A stretch of DNA of 47,523 bases from Bdellovibrionota bacterium (GTDB lineage: Bacteria; Bdellovibrionota; UBA1018; UBA923), in assembly GCA_040754655.1 (NCBI GenBank), contig JBFMCE010000014.1:1-47523 (forward strand), in the 5' to 3' direction. The position numbers were made by a program, and so were the translations under genes. The notes under the pieces were generated by a model. It saw only the letters and a list, made by a program, of their open reading frames with translations, made no database searches and was not told where the DNA came from. Shown one piece after another: positions 20,101 to 29,072 of the stretch (position 1 is the first letter of the stretch; the number at the start of each line of letters is the position of its first letter).

Positions 20101-20336
20101 AGGCAGGAGCAAACGCTTCGCCTCCAAACCGCACGGTAGTTGCCTTTCCCGTCACCAGCGACGTCATGGCAATTCGTAGCTCTGAGCTCGAAGTCGCGGG
20201 CAATGACGTACCGGTTTATCTGATCACCAGGGACCCTAACGGAAAAATCTCAAGCGGGGTTTGGGGAAGCAGCCAGAACGGGGTGAGCGGCCCCAGGCTT
20301 TTTATGATCACTCCTACTGGCGGATTTACGAACTAA
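17154..20336 (+). CDS. Large surface lipoprotein with a Cys-rich N-terminal region and lectin-like beta-propeller blades
   Basis: LQGC lipobox, Thr/Ser linker and Cys cluster; LRVFTRADDGNIY...WNSWMNLG and related blade-like segments. Confidence 0.75.
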   Translation: MFVGLRGIANHTARVSSLALVLVVGTMSLQGCFNAGTTAGKVPQTTTATSGTSTSSNGASTETQCLLFSNNSNDYSTCLSCKNSLCTCTTSTCTSTELAACSVSLNTLTQCVHNNNSLAGGSCIGLRCGDTQVPDFAACTCRDAQPPNSISPTPGFEDQLAPYVQPGFFVSSRYCPAGTVNAVTGTTRFDCLLTNGGPATSPTYPLSSSLSPINVFQDVGYLRWDLALDASQFSPALPLEFQRPFLGTTSTLVGNVLFSYQLKPNTVLASNAGLYQVRWNDCIEHFSGYGTNAATASAVTNNFCDPRTATGVAGATSSVMIDLTAGNGSGTAQISGLSMNGGSSNSNLFSLAAPGTEGDLLKTSVFGTSDRGVSKEDTGRGVDGNGIGEWNDNTQGQGTGLFSNIGYYKYTWGPLGVKRNPADSSNVAQASVTGRVSINMNMGYTPATAVDSTAMSPLAFTGGLTSRTCSTTASNQCVSTSVYRTSGGAILTQSFSPLFANNSHASGVSSLPPGIVAVSTPKIIEDTSQDVSTSTSPAKLRVFTRADDGNIYMSRFQNGAWNSWMNLGRPWVCNPSQGGGLCSGSNQPEVYRPFLMSAANWTAMGRANNGISIASEPVVVSHMRPSGLNPNYVKGYIAVFVRVSHLLSTVHTDGTTLIGPYHNAVFYTYAATDFSTSASTSFDAIGTWAPWRAVIDSDGDLFRIQGNPLALMNQSAAGDTNTRVYLFGTRSANTTSDVALHPPVAPSVANNTAAMLTQATIGRDSGNATAPEPYYNYGYELVRTSADIHNTGAGAGTPALSWTDISGNVEQIQVAGLNAGEGAVISDWTYAPVSGACTNGANCIRVFANALTGVSSPNGAPRSPQYYTRVLLFREYTFSNAVASYMRLECGSSYSNLKFLGSVWPVNLESATNEARANPVGGGLSMYIFGRSTCYDDTDLRGSCDPSVPTLSYAAVEGTTDCDAGEADPRTSVQYFYGNSATQAGANASPPNRTVVAFPVTSDVMAIRSSELEVAGNDVPVYLITRDPNGKISSGVWGSSQNGVSGPRLFMITPTGGFTN

Positions 20337-20428
20337 GCAGATAAAAAGAAACAAACAGAACCCATCTCAAAAATACTCATGTCACAGCTCAAGAGCGTGG
20401 CAGGCCACCTCGAGAGTAAACTCAAAAC

Positions 20429-20935
20429 TCATTTCTTTTTCCCTAGCATGCGATCGCGCGCTTCTTGCAAGAGCAAGACGACGTGATGCGCTCTGGTTTG
20501 GTACCCTTTCCCCCAATGGGCATAACGGTCGGGATGGTAGCGTTTCAGAAGCGCCTTGTAGGCAGCTTCGACGACCTCTTCACCGGCCTGGGGATGCACG
20601 CCAAGGATCTCATGCGCTGGCGTAGCTTGAGTCCATGAGGGAAAAGCGGAACCTAGCTGCGGCGGCCGTTGCGAACGCTTCGACTGCTTTTCCTTATCTT
20701 CTTCGGGCTCGTGCCTGGAGTGGGTGCCAGCATCTTTTACAAAATCGGATTGGGCCGCGACCGGAGTGCGTTTGACCGCGGTACGCAGATCAAACTCGTC
20801 GAGTTTCATCGCAGTCGCTTCGTCGCGGTCTTTGTTCCGGCGAAACTGCACATAGAGCAAGACGATCAGTGCAAAAAGGAAAATGCCCTGAAGGACGCCA
20901 AAAAATCGAATGCCCACCGGATTTTCGACCGCCAT
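20429..20935 (-). CDS. Membrane-anchored J-domain protein
   Basis: N-terminal TM helix; C-terminal HEILGV...AYKALLKRYHPD. Confidence 0.85.
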   Translation of the reverse strand: MAVENPVGIRFFGVLQGIFLFALIVLLYVQFRRNKDRDEATAMKLDEFDLRTAVKRTPVAAQSDFVKDAGTHSRHEPEEDKEKQSKRSQRPPQLGSAFPSWTQATPAHEILGVHPQAGEEVVEAAYKALLKRYHPDRYAHWGKGYQTRAHHVVLLLQEARDRMLGKKK

Positions 20936-20965
20936 GGCCCCATTTTAGCAAGATTGCTCAGAGGA

Positions 20966-22075
20966 ATGGATCAGATTTTATACCAAGCCAAGAAAGAGTT
21001 GCCCCTCCTCACTCTGATCGCCCTCGCATGCATCGCCGTAACCGCCCACCAGTTTCTTCAAAAACCCAGGCGATGGAACCCGCGCGCCTACTCTTGCCAT
21101 TTCGAGCGAAAAACACAGGATCCTGGCGTAAAAACATCGCCCGAACACCGCAGTCACGAAACGCCCGGCACTTCAGGCGAACCTCTATTCTTGATACCCA
21201 GGTTCTTTCGAGAGTGGCGCAAAGACTTCCTAGAATTCAACGCGCCCCATGATCAAAATGGCTTGGTGCGTGGAATTTTTCTTGGCGACGCAAGAGCAGT
21301 CGCTCGCGATTCACGCGATCTTTTCCGCGAAGCCGGCCTTGCGCACCTTCTCGCCGCGAGCGGGTACAATTGTTGGATCGTCGCATTTGTTTTCAGCCTA
21401 ATCGCGAAACTTGGCATTTTGGTCTCAGGCGGCCTCCTCGATTCAAGACGCCACCTAAAATTCAAACTCATCGCACCTGCCACGGCGCAACTTTCCGGAG
21501 CCTGGCTCTTTTGGATGTGGACTGATCAATCTCCGCCGATCACTCGCGCAGCGGTTTTGATCAGCCTCAAATTCGCAATCGAAACGCTTGGGCACACCGT
21601 TCCTTTTTTTAGGCTCCTTTTTGTACAATATCTCTGCTCGCTTGTAATTGCTCCAAGGCTTTGGATGAGTGCGAGTTTTCAACTCACCTATGGATGCCTC
21701 TTTGGAATTGTTTGGGTGCCCCAATGGGTGCGGGCGTTTCGCCCTAGCCGAAACATGTTTGGTCAAATCGTTTGGGATTATTACTGGTCAGGATTAGGTG
21801 CCTGCCTCGGAGCGCTTCCCACCACCTGGATCGTTTTTCAACAAGTCAACTTCACAAGCCTGTTGACCAACTGGTTTGCGGTGCCCATCGTAAGTTTTGG
21901 GATAATGCCAGTGGCCCTGCTAGAAATGCTCCTAATACCGTTTTCGAGCCTGAGTTTCTTCAATGCGACGGCGACCGCGCTCGCTTCGGTGGCGGCGTTT
22001 TTGTCTGATTTTTTGCTCGGTCTTCTGAGCTTTTGGATGGACCATGTCCCAGCGCTGATCATTCATGTGAGTTGA
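20966..22075 (+). CDS. comEC: ComEC/Rec2 competence membrane domain (short form)
   Basis: FREAGLAHLLAASGYN, PPITRA, SASFQLTY and SLLTNWFAVP; start moved to ATG 20966 to avoid overlap with the J-domain gene. Confidence 0.8.
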   Translation: MDQILYQAKKELPLLTLIALACIAVTAHQFLQKPRRWNPRAYSCHFERKTQDPGVKTSPEHRSHETPGTSGEPLFLIPRFFREWRKDFLEFNAPHDQNGLVRGIFLGDARAVARDSRDLFREAGLAHLLAASGYNCWIVAFVFSLIAKLGILVSGGLLDSRRHLKFKLIAPATAQLSGAWLFWMWTDQSPPITRAAVLISLKFAIETLGHTVPFFRLLFVQYLCSLVIAPRLWMSASFQLTYGCLFGIVWVPQWVRAFRPSRNMFGQIVWDYYWSGLGACLGALPTTWIVFQQVNFTSLLTNWFAVPIVSFGIMPVALLEMLLIPFSSLSFFNATATALASVAAFLSDFLLGLLSFWMDHVPALIIHVS

Positions 22076-24933
22076 CGGATCACTTCGCGCACAAGGCGGT
22101 GCGAGCCTATACTGCGAAGAGCCTCCGCCAGCTCGTGCATCAACTCCTTGGAATCACTTTCCGTGTTCACGTTATCAAGCAGCGGAAGGACCGCGGACTT
22201 GTCTTTGATCTTACCCAACGCGATGATGGCTTGCTTCTTCACCGTAAGTTCCGGATCCTTGAGGAGAGAAACCAGCAACGGCACGCATCCTTGAAGTTCA
22301 GCGAGGAAATGTTTGGCCCTTCGCGGGTCATCTTTAATGCGAATGGCAATACCCTCAGAAGTCGCCAGCAGCGTGAGTTCGCCGATCGCAAAGGCCGCCG
22401 AAGCGCGCATCCCATGATCGGAATGCAAGAGCATGGGTTTCAGGGTGTCTAGCACTTCAACCCTTCCCTTTGAAAACAAGACCATCGCGGCGTTGGCTTT
22501 CACCCGATTGCTTTTTGATGCGACGAAAGGAATGAGCAGATCGATGATCTGCGGATCTTCTGAGCCGCTCAAAGACTCAATGGCATTGGCGACGATGCGT
22601 TCATCAGGGTGGTGCAAGAACCGAGTAACCCGTAGGATCTTCTCATCTCGACAGAGCTTTCCGAGACTGATGAGGATAGAAGAAATGACCTTATCAGAGG
22701 TTTCATGCTCGAGCTGTTGGAATAAGATCTCTAGAGTTTCGGAGTGCCCTCTTGGCGCGAGCCTCGTGATTGCTGAAATCGTAGCCGTGCGCACCATCTC
22801 GTTTGAATCGGAAAGTTTTTGATACAGCGGCTCAAGAGCCTCGACATTGCTTGAATAGCCCAAGAGCTCGATGCAGTGGCGTTTGATCATCGGATCAGGA
22901 TTCGAGAGGTTCACCAGCAATTCGCTCACGTCTTTGATTTTGATCAGCTCATAGACGATGACCTCTTCTTCCTTGCCTCTGATCTTATCACGCGAGAGTT
23001 CTTCATAGTCGAGGAGACCCTGCACCCTTTCTTCGACATGATGACTAAAGACGATTCGCGTATGCCGACCCTGCTTCGAGAGCTTTTCGATGCGATTCGC
23101 CAAGTTCACGACATCTCCAATGACCGTGAAATCCATGCGATCAGGGCTTCCGATGGGGCCTGAGATGATTTCACCGCTGCTGATGCCGATGCCGATCTCA
23201 ATCACTGACTTATCGTTCCTCAGTCGCTTTACGTTGAACTCAGAAAGCCTTTCGCGCATCTCCATCGCGCAATAGATGGCGTGAAGAGCCGTATTCACGG
23301 GTTGTTTGAGTTCGTCTTGCTCATAAAAGACCGCCAGGATGGCATCACCAATGAACTTATCCACCTCGCCCTTATGCTTGTAAATCACTTCGACCATCGC
23401 CGAGAAGTATTCATTGAGCATCGAGGTGACTTCTTCCGCGTCAAGAAGCTCGCAAACATTGACGAAGTTCCGGATATCGCAAAAAAGCACCGTGGCCCGC
23501 ACTCGAGCCCCAGCTAGGTTGGACACTCCCTCAGGGGCTTCGGTGATCCGGCGGTAGGTGTTTTCAGACAGGTACTTCTTCAATTCATTCTTCCGTTTGA
23601 GTTCCCTGGCCATCCCATTGAATGACCGCATCAGATCACCCAATTCATCGCGCTTGCCGGTTTCCACGGTGACATCGTAATTGCCGCTCGTGATGGCTTG
23701 GGTTGCATCGACCAGTTTTCTCACCGGACCCACCACGAGCTGCGCGAAGAGTATGGCGATGATGATGCTCAAGATCATGCTTGGGATGAGGTCAAGCAGG
23801 ATCTGCCGCTGAATGACCTGAATCCTGTCTTTCAACGACGCGAACGAAAATAAGAACTCGACGTAAAAGGGAGCTTCCTGGTTTTCGCTGCGGTAAGTGG
23901 TAACCACCTGAATCAGCGATTCGCCGGCCCCCGACTTTATCACCTTCCAATAGGTATCCTGCCCTGAAAGTTTAGTTGTGACTTCTTCGGTGAAGTCAGC
24001 TTTCTTTCCCTCAACCCCGGGAACGGGTTGTTTTCCCAAAGCGATGTCTTCCGAATCAAAAACGATCATCCCCGACTTTTTCGAGATGATTCGGATCGAA
24101 TTGAGGTTCTCCTTGCTTGAGATGGCTTGTTTGACGGTGGGAACGAATTTGTCGTTGTAATAAAAATAATAGAAATTGCTGAAGCTCGAGACGATGAAGT
24201 CTTTGCTCAATTCGGCGATTTGAACGCTATTCCGGATCAGGCGCTCGGTCTGCTCGTTTTTCTGCAAATGGCTTTGCGAAAAAAACACGATCGCGCCAGT
24301 CAAAAGATTGATGACGATGATGGTCGCAACGAACTTCGCTCTTAAACTATACACCCTGAACAGAGCCGAAAACCGGCTCCACAACGGCAAGAATGCGGGC
24401 AATCTGGCGTAAGTGAGGGCGAACCACAACAAAACCACGATTGCCATGCCAGCCAAAAAAACAAGAAGCGTGCGCAAGGTGATATGGCCGGTGCTGAAGA
24501 CGTAATACAACACGTATTGATCAGCCGGCATCACGACGCCGATGCCTGAGGGATCGCTCAAGACTTGCATTTTTTGAAGCTTGCGTCCAAGCTCAGGATC
24601 CACTTTATAAGGTTGCGTCTTCCCGCGAGGAAGGTCTTTGCTGTCAAAGACCACTTGCCCATTTGATGAAACAACGAGTATTTGGGTGAGGTGCGGATCG
24701 GCCCTGAGAAATTCTTCTACGGAGGGCTTGAACTGTTCTTCGTAATAGAAATAGAAACTTGCTTGAAAAGAACCAAAGATGCGTTCATTGTTAATCCTTA
24801 CGAACTCGAACTTTTTCTGACCATACTCGGAAATCCAAGATGACTTCACGAAAGACAACGCAAGCACGAAGGCCAAAGCAAAAAAAACGCACAAATTCCT
24901 CGGCCTCAAAACGACCCGCTTCACTGGATTCAT
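22063..24933 (-). CDS. Membrane class III adenylate cyclase with HAMP and C-terminal HEAT-like repeats
   Basis: About 4 TM segments, HAMP (PVRKL...DELGDLMRSFNGM), VLFCDIRNF, VDKFIGDA, DFTVIGDVVNLANRIE, then DERIVANAIE / NRVKANA / MRASAAFAIG repeats; start uncertain. Confidence 0.88.
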   Translation of the reverse strand: MNPVKRVVLRPRNLCVFFALAFVLALSFVKSSWISEYGQKKFEFVRINNERIFGSFQASFYFYYEEQFKPSVEEFLRADPHLTQILVVSSNGQVVFDSKDLPRGKTQPYKVDPELGRKLQKMQVLSDPSGIGVVMPADQYVLYYVFSTGHITLRTLLVFLAGMAIVVLLWFALTYARLPAFLPLWSRFSALFRVYSLRAKFVATIIVINLLTGAIVFFSQSHLQKNEQTERLIRNSVQIAELSKDFIVSSFSNFYYFYYNDKFVPTVKQAISSKENLNSIRIISKKSGMIVFDSEDIALGKQPVPGVEGKKADFTEEVTTKLSGQDTYWKVIKSGAGESLIQVVTTYRSENQEAPFYVEFLFSFASLKDRIQVIQRQILLDLIPSMILSIIIAILFAQLVVGPVRKLVDATQAITSGNYDVTVETGKRDELGDLMRSFNGMARELKRKNELKKYLSENTYRRITEAPEGVSNLAGARVRATVLFCDIRNFVNVCELLDAEEVTSMLNEYFSAMVEVIYKHKGEVDKFIGDAILAVFYEQDELKQPVNTALHAIYCAMEMRERLSEFNVKRLRNDKSVIEIGIGISSGEIISGPIGSPDRMDFTVIGDVVNLANRIEKLSKQGRHTRIVFSHHVEERVQGLLDYEELSRDKIRGKEEEVIVYELIKIKDVSELLVNLSNPDPMIKRHCIELLGYSSNVEALEPLYQKLSDSNEMVRTATISAITRLAPRGHSETLEILFQQLEHETSDKVISSILISLGKLCRDEKILRVTRFLHHPDERIVANAIESLSGSEDPQIIDLLIPFVASKSNRVKANAAMVLFSKGRVEVLDTLKPMLLHSDHGMRASAAFAIGELTLLATSEGIAIRIKDDPRRAKHFLAELQGCVPLLVSLLKDPELTVKKQAIIALGKIKDKSAVLPLLDNVNTESDSKELMHELAEALRSIGSHRLVREVIRQLT

Positions 24934-25535
24934 CTCAGAAAATTTTAACAATAGTCGCCGAAACTGACCACTACGTCGTTGTGGACAAACCTGCCCTGTT
25001 CGACAGCCAAAATTCAAAATCGGGCCGAGACTCGGTCGTCGACTGGCTGAATGGGCGATACGGCTACTCTGGGCTCGTGCATCGTCTGGATTTTGGCACT
25101 TCGGGGCTCCTGGTTTGCGCAAAAACACCGGAATCCGCCAATAAATTGACCAAGCAAATGACGGATGGACTTATAAATAGAACATATTTATGCGTTACGT
25201 TTGGGAGACTCCCCGCGGATCAGGGGGAATTTACCGACCTTATAGATGGAAAGCCGGCCGCGACCCGCTTTAAAGTGCTCGAACGCTTTCCCAATGCGAC
25301 TTTGACCGAAGTGGTTTTGGATACCGGCAGGAAGCATCAAATACGCAGGCACTTCGCGCAAGCGGGCCACCCTCTCCTTGGCGATCATCTTTATAAATCA
25401 AAAGGCTCGGACAGGCTGTTTCATCGACCCGCCCTGCATGCGCGAAAGCTTTGCATCGAAAACCAAGAGTATACTTCTCCGTTGCCCGAAGATCTTGAAT
25501 CGCTTCTCTCTAAGCTAAGAGCCATACGCTCTTAA
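24840..25535 (+). CDS. RluA-family pseudouridine synthase
   Basis: VVDKP, HRLDFGTSG, TGRKHQIR, GHPLLGD.LY and LHA; start uncertain. Confidence 0.9.
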   Translation: MTSRKTTQARRPKQKKRTNSSASKRPASLDSSQKILTIVAETDHYVVVDKPALFDSQNSKSGRDSVVDWLNGRYGYSGLVHRLDFGTSGLLVCAKTPESANKLTKQMTDGLINRTYLCVTFGRLPADQGEFTDLIDGKPAATRFKVLERFPNATLTEVVLDTGRKHQIRRHFAQAGHPLLGDHLYKSKGSDRLFHRPALHARKLCIENQEYTSPLPEDLESLLSKLRAIRS

Positions 25536-26466
25536 GCCCAGGCGAGTTCGCTCCAGCAGCGTGCGATAGATCCTCTTCAAGGGGTTGGGAAACCTCACCC
25601 CCCTCAAGCCGTACCCGCAATCTTCTCGCAAGAGCCTTCATTTCGGAATTGAAAAGATCGGTCGGCCAACCCGAATCGTTGGTTGAAACCAGCATCGCCC
25701 CCCCTCTGGTTAAACAGGAATACGCGCTCTCCACAAGAGGTATTAGATCGTCTCGAACTTTGAAAACCCTTTTCCCTCGTGAAAAAGTCGGGGGATCTAA
25801 GACGATCCACGCATAGCGATCGCCCCGTTTCTGAGCCTTCTTTAGAAAGTCCCGAGCGTCTTCGTTGATAAGGCGATGTTCCCCAAAATCGGTCGTCTTG
25901 TTTTCGTTGTAGTTGCGCTTTTCCCAACCCAAGTATCTCTTGCTGAGATCAACGCTCGTCGACCGCCTCGCTCCCGCCGCCAACGCCGCTATCGAAAAAG
26001 CTCCGGTATAACTGAAAAGATTGAGAAAACCTTTATGCTCGTTTGCTTCCTGCAATAAAGGCGACTGAGATATAAGAGCCCGAAGTCTTTCTCGGTTTTT
26101 TTTCTGATCCAGGAATAGCCCCGGATTGAGAACTTCTTCAGTTTCCAGGCGAAACTTGAGCCCCGCTTCTACCGCCCAAAACTCAGCCGGGGCAACCTGT
26201 TCTTTGGCGTCTATAAACAAAGCCTTGAATGGCTTTGATTCCCTCCCAAGCTTTAGAGCGCCTCCCACGGCCACTACCCGCCCCGCCTTGAAGCGCCCAA
26301 TCACTGATCGAAGAAAGCCCTCATTTCCTGAAAGACCACGGCTCTTCACAACGATAAATAAAAACCATTCTTCGTTTTTACGGTCACCGCTCGCGATGCG
26401 ATAGGCGTCGACATCAAAATCAATCGAGCTGATCCAACGAAACGAGTCTTTAGGCAGGCGCATCAT
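25510..26466 (-). CDS. Class I SAM-dependent rRNA methyltransferase (RlmK/RlmI-like)
   Basis: GLFLDQ, LNLFSYTGAFS, SVDLSKRYL.W and IVLDPPTF. Confidence 0.85.
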   Translation of the reverse strand: MMRLPKDSFRWISSIDFDVDAYRIASGDRKNEEWFLFIVVKSRGLSGNEGFLRSVIGRFKAGRVVAVGGALKLGRESKPFKALFIDAKEQVAPAEFWAVEAGLKFRLETEEVLNPGLFLDQKKNRERLRALISQSPLLQEANEHKGFLNLFSYTGAFSIAALAAGARRSTSVDLSKRYLGWEKRNYNENKTTDFGEHRLINEDARDFLKKAQKRGDRYAWIVLDPPTFSRGKRVFKVRDDLIPLVESAYSCLTRGGAMLVSTNDSGWPTDLFNSEMKALARRLRVRLEGGEVSQPLEEDLSHAAGANSPGLKSVWLLA

Positions 26467-27148
26467 TCACCAACGTTTCAAGACCCATGACGTCAATCTT
26501 TTCCGCAAGTCCCAGCTGGGCTGCTTCTTCACAGCCTTGAAAATCAAGCTGTACCGCGCGCAGGGCGATCGAGCGCGCAAGAAAAGAGGTTCGGGCCCCG
26601 TAGAGAGTATCACCCAGAATTGGAAACCCTCGATGCGAGAGTTCATACCGCAGCTGATGAGACCTGCCGGTGAGTGGATTCAAACGCCAGATGAGAATCT
26701 CAGCGCCATTGAACGCTTTCTTTTCGCAAAACACGGCATGAGTGATCGCCTTTTTTCCATGCGAGCTCTCATAAGCGCGCTTCTTCCCGCGTGAGAGGGT
26801 GGAATGCCACTCAAACTCGCGCTTCCGGTCGAGAAGCAGCAGGGTTTCCTGCGGCCCAAGCTCGGTCCAAGCCTGATAGGTTTTGCGTACTTTTCGTGTT
26901 TCGAACCACTGGTTTGCCAGTCGGTGGGCCCCAGGAGTTTTGGCAAAAAGCACAAGGCCGCTGACTTCTTCGTCAAGCCGGTGGACGGGATAGAGCTTCA
27001 CCTTGTTCAAAGCCGCTGAAAGACAAGGCCTCGGATCACGAGTTCCTAAACGGCTAGGCACACTCAGCCAGCCCGAAGGTTTATCGAAGACCACGAACGA
27101 CTCGTTTTCAAAGCAAACTTGGGGAAAATCCACAGACGCACCATACAA
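26450..27148 (-). CDS. RluA-family pseudouridine synthase
   Basis: DKPSGWLSVP, HRLDEEVSG, TGRSHQLR and PILGD.LYG; true start may be GTG 27133. Confidence 0.9.
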   Translation of the reverse strand: MYGASVDFPQVCFENESFVVFDKPSGWLSVPSRLGTRDPRPCLSAALNKVKLYPVHRLDEEVSGLVLFAKTPGAHRLANQWFETRKVRKTYQAWTELGPQETLLLLDRKREFEWHSTLSRGKKRAYESSHGKKAITHAVFCEKKAFNGAEILIWRLNPLTGRSHQLRYELSHRGFPILGDTLYGARTSFLARSIALRAVQLDFQGCEEAAQLGLAEKIDVMGLETLVNDAPA

Positions 27149-27204
27149 TTTTCGCGGCGCATTGCCAATACCAGACTACTTTGATATGGTGCCGTATCAT
27201 CGCC

Positions 27205-28035
27205 ATGCTTCTAAAAAAACGGCTCTGCCCCATCGTCGCACTCGTTTTCTTTTCGCTCACCCAGTCGTGCGCACCTCAACGAGCACAGTTTACCCTCACC
27301 CAAGGCAATCGAACGCACGCACCGTCGTATGAACTTGCGGCGACAAATATGGGGGCCTGTGGATTGAGCTTTCAAAATGCCGCTTCCGCCGAAGATGAAC
27401 GGCCGCCAAACACTTCCGCGCTGTCTTCGCTTATCCCTTCAGGCAAGCTTGAACTTGAAATCAGTCCTGAACAAGAAGAGCAACTCAAGGCACTGCTTGA
27501 TCAAATCGACTCGAATCCAGTCGCTTTGCAACCAGGGATGTTCCGCGAATTTGAACGCACGAATCCCGCTACGGGAGAGACCGAGAAGCTTTGCCAAGGT
27601 GTACTCGCCGTTGATCCTTCTCACGCTGTGGTTCAAACCCGATACGCAGATTCCGATATGATCTTCCGACCAAAGAAACTAAGACTAGGCTCGCTTGATC
27701 CGATCGAGTCGGCAGTGCGTTTCATCGAGAACAAAGACTCGAAATCACTCTACGAAACGCTATGGGGTTTTCTTTTGCTCTACTATGAATCGGCGCGCAT
27801 CTTGCCCAAACCCGACATCAAGGTACGGATTCGCCGCGCTCACTACGCTGAACAAAACACAACCTTCCGCTTGGCCCTGACCATACACCTCAATGAGCAA
27901 CCCGAGATCGACCCTGTCGCCGTCGAGGTGCGCTTCGCGCCGTCTCGCCCAAGGCCGTTCCACGTCATTTATAAGGCCTGGGGAGTGAAACGAGCCACCC
28001 AAGTGCTTCTACAGACCTCGGATTCTGGCCGCTAG
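27205..28035 (+). CDS. Hypothetical lipoprotein
   Basis: MLLKKR...FSLTQSC signal and lipobox-like N terminus; no recognised domain. Confidence 0.65.
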   Translation: MLLKKRLCPIVALVFFSLTQSCAPQRAQFTLTQGNRTHAPSYELAATNMGACGLSFQNAASAEDERPPNTSALSSLIPSGKLELEISPEQEEQLKALLDQIDSNPVALQPGMFREFERTNPATGETEKLCQGVLAVDPSHAVVQTRYADSDMIFRPKKLRLGSLDPIESAVRFIENKDSKSLYETLWGFLLLYYESARILPKPDIKVRIRRAHYAEQNTTFRLALTIHLNEQPEIDPVAVEVRFAPSRPRPFHVIYKAWGVKRATQVLLQTSDSGR

Positions 28036-28103
28036 ATTGACTCCTGAAGCTTAGCGCAAGGATTTTCTTGTCCCACTTCCTTCTCCGAGGTAGTTTCAAA
28101 ACC

Positions 28104-29072
28104 ATGGTTGCCGACATCAGCATTCAGCGTTCAGTGATCGAAATCCTCAAGTCAAAACCCCGGACTCTCTCGGCGGAGATTATTCCACCGCGAAATGGAG
28201 CCGAGACCGAAGCCGTATTGAAACAAATCGAGAGGCTCAAGACAGTACCAGTCGATTTCATCAGCGTCACCAAAGGCGCTGGCGGAAGCTTGCGCGGAGG
28301 CACCCTGCCTATCGCTCAAACCATCAAAAGCCAGTTTGGAATTTGCGCTTTAGCCCACTTCACCTGCCGTGACTACACGGTAGAGGAAGTAGAAAACAAC
28401 TTGATGGACCACCATTATTTCGGCATCGGCAATATCCTGGCATTGCGAGGAGATCCCCCGACTGGCCAGCCCGACCATTTCAAGCCCGCTCCCAACAGAC
28501 ATTCTTATGCATGGCAATTGGTCGACCAAATCTGCCGGATGAATCAGGGGCGTTATTTGGCGCGCGGCGGTTATGACACTCCTGTGGATTCAAAAGAAGA
28601 TTCATTGCGGAAAGTCAGGCGAGGCACGCCGACCAATTTCTGCATCGGGGTTGCCGCTCATCCTGAGCTCGAGCCCCATTCCGATGCGGTTGAGTTTTTA
28701 CGCTGCAAGGTCGAAAGAGGCGCGTCTTACGCCATCACTCAGATGCTCTTCTCAGTGGATTCCTATAAAAGGTTTCTGGAAAGTTGCGCTGCACGAGGGA
28801 TTCACATCCCGATCATTCCTGGGATTCGGATCGTTACACAAGCTTCCACCGCCGAGAGGCTGCTGTCGCGAAAAGAATTTGGGGTGAAAATTCCCGCGAA
28901 CTTCCTCGAAAAGCTACAAAACGCACGCTCAAAGGAAGACGCAAAGCAGATCGGTTTAAACCACGCCTTTGAACTTTGCCAAGGGCTCTTCGCGGCCGGA
29001 GCCCCCGGCGTTCACGTCTTCGTGATGAATGATGAGAACACCGCCTCGGATCTACTTATTTCTTTGAAATAA
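28104..29072 (+). CDS. metF: Methylenetetrahydrofolate reductase
   Basis: SAEIIPP, FISVT.GAGGS, AHFTC, NILALRGDPP, VAAHPE and ITQM. Confidence 0.9.
   Translation: MVADISIQRSVIEILKSKPRTLSAEIIPPRNGAETEAVLKQIERLKTVPVDFISVTKGAGGSLRGGTLPIAQTIKSQFGICALAHFTCRDYTVEEVENNLMDHHYFGIGNILALRGDPPTGQPDHFKPAPNRHSYAWQLVDQICRMNQGRYLARGGYDTPVDSKEDSLRKVRRGTPTNFCIGVAAHPELEPHSDAVEFLRCKVERGASYAITQMLFSVDSYKRFLESCAARGIHIPIIPGIRIVTQASTAERLLSRKEFGVKIPANFLEKLQNARSKEDAKQIGLNHAFELCQGLFAAGAPGVHVFVMNDENTASDLLISLK

Noticed and set aside
20669..20965. Long 5' extension of comEC (likewise 24934-25128 for the cyclase and 32958-33107 for the desaturase)
   Set aside because: These extensions overlap divergent genes or promoter regions and lack family similarity.
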